The notes below the pieces were generated by a model that had not been told where the DNA came from, did not search any database, and saw nothing but the letters and a program-made list of their open reading frames with translations. A DNA stretch of 56,174 bases, filler included. It is 7 parts of 7 records of this genome, joined end to end, with 100 filler letters (N's around TTAATTAATTAA, not from the genome) between each part and the next. Parts side by side here need not be neighbours in the genome. Positions count along the whole stretch, not along the records: positions 44,044 to 50,459 come from SRR2962707_5604; positions 50,560 to 56,174 come from SRR2962707_5605; 5 more parts are not named here. One strand, 5' to 3'. The position numbers and the translations under genes were made by a program. Of this stretch, positions 47,601-56,174 are shown piece by piece (within the stretch, counting starts at the first letter, position 1; the number at the start of each line of letters is the position of its first letter).

Positions 47601-50137
47601 CGGCCTTGGCATTGGCATCCTTTTTCGCGGGCCCAGCTGGAGTAGCGGCGGCAATGCGTTGAAGCGATTTCCACTCAGCAAAATCTTCGGATGATAAATG
47701 GCGCGTGGCAAGGACGAGCGTTCGGAGCCCTTCTTCTGCAAAAGTCGTTACATGGTGCCGCAGCTGCGCCAAGCGAGTTGCGTCGTCTTTTACTCTCTCC
47801 AGAATGATGTTGTCCGCACCTTTACAAAATCTATATTCCAAGCAAAAGGTGAAAGTAGGTCAAACCCATGATGTATCAAGCGGACCCAGCGCAGATCATA
47901 GTCATGCGAGTGCGTACACAGTGGCGGAACCGTCATTTTCAGCCAATATGACCGACATCCGCTTGCGAGTGCTGGTGAAAGCGTGCACGCCAACTACTTT
48001 CAATTGTTTCGTATCAGGGGCTGCATCGCCAGGCATGTTGACTTGACAAGTTGCACTGAGCATGCCACGATGCAACAGTGAAACACCTGTCGCAGCAGCA
48101 GCCTAATCGCATGCACACGCGCCACGAACACAACAACCGAATCAATCCAACGCGATCACCAACACAGGATCGGGAGACAACTCCCTCACGACAGAAAGCA
48201 GCGCAGTGCACACCTTCACAAGGGCTTCTTCGTCCGGGCTTTCGCATTCAAAGTCAATGGACCCGTCCGCATTTTTCACTGGATACACAGTGTTGGCAGC
48301 GCTCATTATGGTCAAGGCTTCTGCTAATCCCTGCGCAAAGGCTGGTCCGCGATCGTCCGCCACGTTTGCTACTTGTTCCATGACGTTGAACGAATCAGCA
48401 TCTAAACTTTCCAGGAGCAGCGGCTGGGAGTCATGGCCGCCATCATCGTGTTGGCCCCGGGGAAAAACAATCATCTTTTGAAGGACCATTTCGTTCTTGG
48501 TGAGAGTCCCAGTTTTGTCGGAAAAAATGAAGTCCACCATCCCAATTTCTTGACACACTCGCAAGTTTTTCACTTGGGGTCGGCGGGCATCTTCGTCGTT
48601 GCTCTTGCGCAAACCTGGGTCATGGCTTATTAGGCAGCCTTGCAGAATGTTCACAGTCTCCATTACGATGTATCTGCAATGAAGCCAAACACAGCGTGAC
48701 AGAAGATCGCGTGCAGCCAGATGAGGCAGCAGCTAATAACAACAATGACAGTTTGAGGCAAACGTACACAGCAATGGGTATGACATTCTGGTAGTATGTT
48801 TGGTAAGTGAAAAGTTTTCCCAGCCACGAAGGAAACCCTTCGATGCAAGGCTCTCCAGGTTCGGGAACGCCCAAGCCAGCAAAGGCAATGACGGATGTCA
48901 CAACGACGGCCACATTAAGCACGGCTGCAAGTTGCATGATACGGTTGAGTGCGCGATCTATGCTGAACAGTTTCGACGGCTCGTCTACGAGATTTAGCAT
49001 CACACGGCTTTGCATTCCGGTGTAAACAGCAACTCCGAGCAGCCAGCTTGTGTTTTGCAGCGAAGTGCTGCGAAGCATGACGTTGTCCATGTAGAGCGCA
49101 CACGAATATTCGGGTACGTGCGCTGGTGCATGTGTCCCAGACTCTAAATCGCCTTCGACCGCCTCGACCGCCTCGACGGAATTTCTTGGGCCAACGCGCA
49201 CCGCACCGCTGAAGGTGGTGATGCTGGGACCAGGCGGTTCCGCCTCAATTCGAATCGAGGACTTTGGGTTTGAAAATAGCTCCAAAAACGCCATGGGGTG
49301 GCGATCACCGTAGTCATAATCGTACGATTCTGCTGGGTTGCCTTTTTTCTTGCCATGTCCGGCGCTGTCGGTGGCAACGTTCTTTCCGTCATTGCATAGA
49401 GTTTCATCCGAGTAGGAAGGCACCAGGCAAGGGTCGGCAAACGCAGCTACAAGCGCTGGAGCGACCGAACCAACCTTTCGGTTCGTTTCTCCGTCGAGCT
49501 CAGTTGTTGTGACAAAGAAAAGGCCAAAGGGGTCACTACAGCAGATGGGTACCATATCGCACGGTGCGACCTCTGTCTTGTGAAGCAGGATAAGATCCCC
49601 GACTTTCACATCGCCCCATTCTGCGTCAACGAACCTTGGGCTCCGCGATTCGGTGTCGGCGCCGGCCCTGAAAATACGAGTTTGTTTCGTATTGATCTCT
49701 CGGTCGCTCCGCCGCCGCTGGCAATCGGTAATGGCCAACACCGCAATACTGTAGACCATCACTGCAATGAGAGTCGCACCCATACCCCATGGGCCATCGG
49801 TTTGCCAGCAGGCGGTCTCTGTACCGATCACCATGACGGCAAAAATGTAAGAAAAATACACGTTCGCGATTTTCTGAAACTGCAAAGCCAGAGCGCGAGG
49901 GAGAAAATCCCACCAAGTGTACTCTGCCGTTGCCACGCTGTTCGGTGGGAAAGGGCCTCCGCTGACATCATCGCAAGCGACTCCGAGCGTTGCCTGAGCC
50001 GTGTCGCTCCCTGCTGGCAGGGCAGTTTCACCGGCCCGTAATGTAAACGAGCGGCTCGGAAGTTCGATTTCCTTCTTCCGACAGCAGCCCTTCGTCCGCT
50101 TCTTCTTTTTATCATTCGTCCCCTGGTCGTCGGACAT
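44094..50137 (-). CDS. P4-type ATPase (phospholipid flippase) apparently fused to a C-terminal CDC50/LEM3 domain; 3'-partial
   Basis: P4 motifs NSVATAEYTWWDFLP, LDGETN, NVIPIAVY, FSDKTGTLTKNEM, ESPDEEALV, FTSTRKRMSV, KGADNII, EGLRTL, TAIEDKLQ, LTGDKLETA, CRVSPLQK, AIGDGAND. TM5-TM10 exons traced. Intron 45233-45344 joins TM10 in frame to an exon with CDC50 motifs. Confidence 0.88.
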
Positions 50138-50392
50138 TCTGCACGTCCCCTGCACTCGAATGCCCGTCTATTCGAGCGCAGCGACTTGGGAATGCAAAAC
50201 AGGGCTGTTCCAGCGGCAACAGATCCACGCGCGCACACACACAGAAGCCAGACAGAAAGAGGCAGAGACTGAGGAGACACGCACACACGCGCGTGCGCGG
50301 ATGATGCCCCCTGCCTGCTGGCGGGGGCAATGCGCTGCCTACGACATACACTGCACCCCCACCGTCCGAAAAGTGGCCGAGTAAATTTCGAG

Positions 50393-50459
50393 AGAAGGAA
50401 GAAAGGAAGGCAGGAAGGCAGGAAGGAAGGCAGAAGGAAGGAAGGAAGGAAGGAAGGAA
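50393..50459. repeat. (GAAG)n microsatellite at contig end
   Basis: Seen directly, upstream of the flippase gene. Confidence 0.9.
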
Positions 50460-50559
50460 NNNNNNNNNNNNNNNNNNNNNNNNNNNNNNNNNNNNNNNNN
50501 NNNTTAATTAATTAANNNNNNNNNNNNNNNNNNNNNNNNNNNNNNNNNNNNNNNNNNNN
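50460..50559. other. Artificial contig-joining spacer
   Basis: 44 N + TTAATTAATTAA + 44 N. Confidence 0.99.
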
Positions 50560-50621
50560 CACACACACACACACACACAGACAGAGCGAGCGAGAGCGAG
50601 AGTGAGAGTGCGTGTGAGAGA
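50560..50621. repeat. (CA)n then GA-rich microsatellite at contig start
   Basis: Seen directly. Confidence 0.9.
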
Positions 50622-50830
50622 GCGGTTGTGAAGCGAAAGTTTACCGCTGCGGGGACAAAGGACGAAAAAAAGAAGCTGGAGAAAGAAGCCGAGTCCGCAC
50701 TGGAGGGTTTGATGCGCCTACTCCCGCTCTCATTGTGCGTTGTTGCGGCGACACGGGTCCGTCCAGCAGCAGTGAACCCCCAACACCTTCGCGTCCAGTC
50801 CAACGAGTAGAGGAGCGTGTCGGGCCACGG

Positions 50831-53800
50831 ATGGACGGTGAAGCAATTGCTGCCCCTTCTTCCACAACAACGTCTTCTTCGACTCCGTTCCGGGCCAGGG
50901 GCACAAGTGTGAGTGCCAGTGCCAGTGCCAGTGCTAGTGCGAGTGTAGGGGCTGGAGCTCCCTCGGCACAAGAGCCGGACAGTGCACCTGTGTTTAAACA
51001 GCACTTGCAGCGAGACGCAGACTGGGTGCAAAGTCTACGCTGTTCGAGCGAAGACTCGCCTGAAGGCGCTTCTTCTGGGTCTGGCCCTGCCTCACGGCGG
51101 CGACCTGCTAACGACCCGAGAAATTTTCTGTCGTCTGTGGACCGGCAGCTTCTGAAGGAAACTGGGCGCAAAGGGAAGCGCGTGGAGGCGAGCAAGCCTT
51201 CAAAGTCGTGGGGAGAGTCCATTCTGGAGGATTCTGCAATTGCTAGTGCGCCACCGCAACCCATAATTGAGCAAAAGGCAAACACGAAAGCCGAGCGAAA
51301 AGAAGAAGAACAAAAACATCAGCAAGAGCAAGAAGAGCCGCAGCGCCAGCCAGTTGTCCAGCAGCAAAAAAGAGACACACTGGGCCAGGAATTGCCACCG
51401 GAAGCGAGTCTAAAGGAGAACAAGCCGCGCACTCAAGGAAAGCGCGAGGAAGAACGTGCGCCTACGGTCCGTGCTGCACAGCTTTCTGGAGGGGTCGAAA
51501 TCCGCGACCACGAAGGCACTGAGGTAGGATCTGTCCCTGGACCGAGCGACCACAGTGCGCAAGCACCAGCAGGATCGAGCGACGACCGATTCGCTCTGCG
51601 TGGCGAAAGCCCACGAAACAGCTTTGATCAAATTCCACAAGCCCAAGAAATCGGTGTTGCTACCGACACGAAGGAAGCGAGCATTGGAGGCAGCGAGGAC
51701 CCGCACGTTGGTTCAGAGAGCGCTCCAAGTGGGGCAAAAATGCCGGAAGGGCGTGCCTCCACGCCCCGTGCGCTGGAAGAATTCGACGAGGAGGAGTACC
51801 AGTCATTTGCTCAGTCGATGGATGACGAGAGACAGCAAAGATCCTCACAGCGAAAAAGTCTTTTTGCAACTAGCGCACTGAAAAACAGTCAAGGCCGGGA
51901 CGGTGTGGCTAACGTTATGACATCAACACCAACCCCGAGCAAAGGTGGTGCTGGCGGTGTTGGTGATGTCAGAAACAGCAGCCGCAGCAAAGCCGATCTT
52001 GGCGGCAAGAGTGTCCTTGACGGCGTCGAGCTCCTTGGGCCTAGTCCCAGAGGGGACTCACGCGCATCAAGAAACCTCACCTACGCATCCCACAGTGGGG
52101 GCAACATTTACGACAGTGCCATCAAAGTGCTCAGCGGTGGCTCTTCATTTGCTGTGTCGCGGCAGTTGCAAGCTGAGCACCTTCGCCCAAATGCCACCTC
52201 GTCAGCTGCAAGCTCGATTCGCGACGGTCCAGTCCCAACATTCTGCTCCACACCATTGGATAGTGGGCGCGAACAAGGCGCTCCGAAAGTGATGTTGACC
52301 ACGTCGCCTCCCCAGCCGCGCGGCAATAACATCGGAGACGTTGGACGTGCCTCAAATATGAAGTCATCGTTTCACCCGATGTCACAGCTTACCTCTGCGT
52401 CAGAATTTTCGTTTTCGGCGCGTACCTCTGACACGCAATCATCGTCCCCGCGTTCTCCATTGGGCCAGTCACCCTCGTCCACTGCTCAGTCGTCAAGTAG
52501 CAAATCATATAGCCCTCCCCCATCAGCCGACACACTGTTTCAACCTCCACCATTCTTTCAAGCTCAGCAGGCAGCTCTTGCTGACCGGAAGTCAGCTGCT
52601 TCACACGCCAAACGCGCAGCTGCAGTAGCGGAAGCGAACGGCACTCCGATTGACAGCTCATCGTCATCTGGTGCGATCAATTTGATGCGGTCGCTTGAAA
52701 ACATTCGTTCTTTGCAACACGCAAGTAGCAAGCCACGCCGGGCTGCACGTCCTCTCATGTCTAGTGGTGCTCAGCAAAACGAAAGTCAGCGCGCTAACAA
52801 CACGATTTCTGGAAACGGTGACAAACGAATGATGCCAAGCCAAGGCCGCCCTACAATCAGTGGAACACCCGAAGGAGTGAATCTGCACCCACACAGCCAT
52901 TCTACTGACCAGCCTCTGAGTATGAGCAAGCAGGCTTCCGAGGTGGTGCGGCAGTCACGAGTGGGGAGGGGCAATGGCCCGCAGTACCCAAACCGGCGAC
53001 AAGCAGCTGCAGAGAACCGAAAGTTCAACCAACCTTTCGTGGCACCACACTTCGCTAAGGCAGCACAAGCGCGCCTTGCCGCAGACGCCAATGCAGCTCT
53101 CACAACTCCCAAGGCAGACTACGATCACATTGGGGACGGAGCTGACGATAGTTATAATCGCGGTCTTCAACCTAGTGTGCCGGTGACAAGAATGGACCCA
53201 GATCGTGATGTGGGGATGGGCCGAGATCCTGTTGGGCGCGGCCTTTTCAATCGTAGCTTGCGCTTGGCAGATGAGAATCTGAAGGGCGATCGCCCCCGTG
53301 ATCCCCGCGACCGACACCCTGGAAGTCCCCGGCGTGGGATTGCACTTCGAACTGATCCACATGGGCCTGCGTTTGCGCACGACCCTTCCACGTACGAGTC
53401 GCCTGCGCAGCGGCACTATCGAAAGCAGGTATGTTACTGTTCAACGATCGAACGATTGGACGGTGTTTGCCTCTTTAGTTTGTGAATGCGCGTGAATGTC
53501 GTGTGCTAACTTCAAGGACGTTTGCTTAACAGGGATCTTTCGTTGAGGAGCGAAGAAACGCAAGCCCCGCTGCAGCAACCTCCGCATCAACAGCACCGCG
53601 ATTAACTTCGCCCAGGGCTGATAAGTCCAAACAACGAAACGAGTACGATGCAGACCACGCTCTGGGCGATTCACTGGACTCTGCTCCAGCGCACTCAGCA
53701 AGTCGCAACACACGAAACAATAACACTCCGCACAGGGGAACCAGAGATACTGCCAGTAGTGGTGGAAGAGACAAAATGCGCGACATCGAGGCACTTCACA

Positions 53801-54432
53801 AGCGGACAATGGAGCTTGATCGACTTGCGCGCAAGCTCGAAGAAGATCGGTCCCGATTGGAGAGGGAGCGTGCTGAAATATTTTCACTCCAACAGTCGTT
53901 GCTCGAGGACGCAAGAGGATCTCCGCCCCCCCGTCTCCATGGGATTGAGCGTAGCGTTCCGACAGCAGGATATGGCTACGACTCCTTGGCCGTTGGAGCT
54001 GGCAGTACGGCAAGTTATCAACATGATGTCCTGGACGTGAGTGATGACGCAGAGACAGGAACGCAAGCGCTTGATGCCTCACGCTATATGACACGTGAGG
54101 AACTCGATGACGAGTTTGCGAGGTCTTCGCGTCATCTAAACAGCGAATTTGAGCGATCGCTACGTAGCCTTCAGCGCAAGGTGGGACGGGATGGCCGTGC
54201 ACCGTTGTCCAAGGCAGCTGTTGATACTCTTGAAGAAGCGTCTCCTCGAAGAGCGAGTGGTAATGGTCCACGCAGCAGTACGAGGAGCACTGCTCCTCCC
54301 ACAACCGTGGAAGACATGGCCCGTAGCGAGTTGGAGGAGACCTTGCGCGCCATATCTGAGAAACGCCAGCTTCGCATCAAGAAACTACAAGAGCTGAACA
54401 AGAGTGCAACAGATTTCATGGGAGCACCTTGA
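50831..54432 (+). CDS. Ser/Pro-rich disordered protein with C-terminal coiled coils, unknown function; 2 exons
   Basis: 916-codon ORF joins the 53776-54432 frame through phase-0 intron 53429-53532 (GTATGT...TTAACAG). Start uncertain. Confidence 0.72.
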
Positions 54433-54612
54433 AGACAGACACGGAAACCCGCGCGCACACAAGAAACCGCTCTGTGTCAATCGCTTTTATTTGCATGACG
54501 ACGGTTTTTGAGTGAGCAGTTTGACTTGTGGAGGCGTTTGTCACGAGCCCGCTAAAAATAGAACATCGTATATTTGATTGTTATGTGTGCGGAGTGCAAG
54601 ATGTTTCATCGT

Positions 54613-56061
54613 TTACACTCCAATACTACTTGCCTCGTGGAACACATTGCGCGCAACTTCTTTGTCAGTCCCAATTGCATAGTCGTAAAATAGTCGGGGA
54701 AGCGTGGCTCCCAACCGCGCAAATTCCACAACTCGCCCCCAGCTTTCATCTGCACCCTCCGGCTGAACCGGCTTATGTTGGCCACTCAAACTAGCGCCGT
54801 CACCGCCCAAATCAACTGACAATGCTGAAGTTTCCAGGATCGCTCTTTGCGGAACAGCCGCTTTGAATTGCGCGACCAACGATTCTGACATGCTTGGCCA
54901 TTGATCACGCAGATTGGGGTTGTCAGATTGGTCAAAACCCCCCGAATCATTGACAATCACCAAATGGTGGCGAGGAAACGGTGCCGAGTCTGCTTCCAGC
55001 AGAGCAAGCAGCTGCTTGTGGTGGTCTGAGGGCCAAACGACCAGCGAACAGTGTCTGACGCAATTGGACAGTTGGGCTTGTGGTCTTGTTATCACAGCCG
55101 TTGGCAGAAGTGCTGTCATCTCTCTGTCCTGCTTTGGTTGAATTGGCACGCCTGTCAAACTCGACAGCCGTTGGGCCAAACGACTGGTGGCTTCAGGCCT
55201 TCCTACAACGTGAATGAAGCGAAACAGGTCTTTTTGAGCAGGAGCAGCCAACTGGTCCCAATGCAAATGCAACTCTTCGCGCAGCGTTCGTGCTTCTGGA
55301 TGCACTCCGGCACTACGCATCAACGGAACATGTGTGGCTCCCATGAGGCGGGACCACTTGAATAGGTACGGCTCGCTTCCAAAAGTAAAATTCACAAGGC
55401 CTTGGCGGGGCGGACAGTCAAAAAATTCTGCTGCCATGTCCAATGCCCTCCGGGCCCACGCCTCAGATGTGTTTGCAATGTCATCGAAGCACCACAAAGC
55501 ACACACAACTCCTGCGCTCCTTGTGGGCACTTGTGCTCCCCTAGACTGTCCACCTTCCGACGCGTTGGTAATACAATCCTGCTCGCCAATGACGTTCGCC
55601 AACACACATTCGGGTTCACCGCGGATTCGTTCTTGCTGCGGCTTGTTTCCACGCAAAGTGTGCAGCGCTTTCAGCAATGCTTCGGGGTTGAGCCTGCTGC
55701 TGTTTTTATTGGACCACCCACGCACTTCTTCAACTGGGATGGGCACCAAACTTTCGAGCCACGCTGCCCGGCGAGAGCCAGTCAAAACATCGCCTTCTCG
55801 CTGCCCCACAACAGCAAGAACTAGATCGCAGTGTGAAGCTGCAGAACATATCAACCGCTGATGCCCCGTGTGCACTGGATAGAACTTGCCCGCCACCATC
55901 CCCACGGAAAAAGGAATTTTGGCGGCAGCTAGGGCACGGAAAAAGTGTCTGGCAGCAGCCACACTGCTCGAGACAGGCTGAGTCACACACGGCGGGGCAT
56001 CTTCCCTTTCAGCGCCCCCGCCAGCTTTTTTGGTCGGTGGCTGCAGCAGCTGGTCCGACAT
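54613..56061 (-). CDS. nadR: NadR-like nicotinamide-nucleotide adenylyltransferase with degenerate kinase domain; apparently intronless
   Basis: VGMVAGKFYPVHTGH (HxGH), RAAWL, SEAWA, FGSEPY, TLRE..HWDQL. IHVVGRPEATSRLAQRL sits where NadR has its Walker A motif. Confidence 0.75.
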   Translation of the reverse strand: MSDQLLQPPTKKAGGGAEREDAPPCVTQPVSSSVAAARHFFRALAAAKIPFSVGMVAGKFYPVHTGHQRLICSAASHCDLVLAVVGQREGDVLTGSRRAAWLESLVPIPVEEVRGWSNKNSSRLNPEALLKALHTLRGNKPQQERIRGEPECVLANVIGEQDCITNASEGGQSRGAQVPTRSAGVVCALWCFDDIANTSEAWARRALDMAAEFFDCPPRQGLVNFTFGSEPYLFKWSRLMGATHVPLMRSAGVHPEARTLREELHLHWDQLAAPAQKDLFRFIHVVGRPEATSRLAQRLSSLTGVPIQPKQDREMTALLPTAVITRPQAQLSNCVRHCSLVVWPSDHHKQLLALLEADSAPFPRHHLVIVNDSGGFDQSDNPNLRDQWPSMSESLVAQFKAAVPQRAILETSALSVDLGGDGASLSGQHKPVQPEGADESWGRVVEFARLGATLPRLFYDYAIGTDKEVARNVFHEASSIGV

Positions 56062-56174
56062 GTGCTGACACACCTCTGCCTCAACTACACCGTCTTTTTA
56101 ACACCAAACGGCATCCAATTTTCAAGTTCGTCAAAGGAAGAAGGAAAAAAGAAAAAAATGAAAAAAAAAAAAAA

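Noticed and set aside
50908-50946. AGTGCC hexamer repeat
   Set aside because: Simple coding slippage giving an (SA)n tract in a disordered protein.
8133-54432. Alternative genetic code, frameshifting or pseudogenes to explain broken ORFs
   Set aside because: Every break I traced is resolved by a canonical GT-AG intron with correct phase.
8076-56174. Ciliate-style nanochromosomes (gene-sized contigs)
   Set aside because: Ends carry assorted microsatellites or homopolymers rather than telomeres, and three genes are cut mid-intron by contig ends.
56144-56174. Terminal A-rich run as an mRNA poly(A) tail or retroposition mark
   Set aside because: It lies upstream of a minus-strand gene and matches the homopolymer breaks at other contig ends.

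Overview
This window is not one locus. It is seven contigs joined by identical 100-bp artificial spacers (44 N + TTAATTAATTAA + 44 N). Contig 1 (1-7975) is a high-GC gammaproteobacterial fragment, possibly Alcanivorax-like (inference). It carries a partial fadH, a TetR regulator with palindromic operators, a bqsPQRS/carRS-like PepSY-PepSY-regulator-kinase operon with a four-copy TTAAG-N6 box, tesB, and a divergent thiolase/FabG4-type reductase pair. Contigs 2-7 come from a gene-dense protist with GT-AG introns of about 90-130 bp; a stramenopile is a guess only. They encode a zeta-crystallin-type quinone reductase, a CTL/SLC44 transporter, Acl4, a MABP+RCC1 protein, a secreted PEBP, a C2+two-pore K+ channel+EF-hand protein, a large SAP+WD40+FN3 protein, two large low-complexity proteins and an apparently intronless bacterial-type NadR-like nucleotidyltransferase. 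The most striking result is on contig 6. A complete P4-ATPase lipid flippase appears to splice in frame, through a linker of about 200 aa, into a CDC50/LEM3 domain. That would be a natural single-chain alpha-beta flippase, and its substrate-site residues are also non-canonical. All exon models and family calls were made by eye from motifs; no searches were run.
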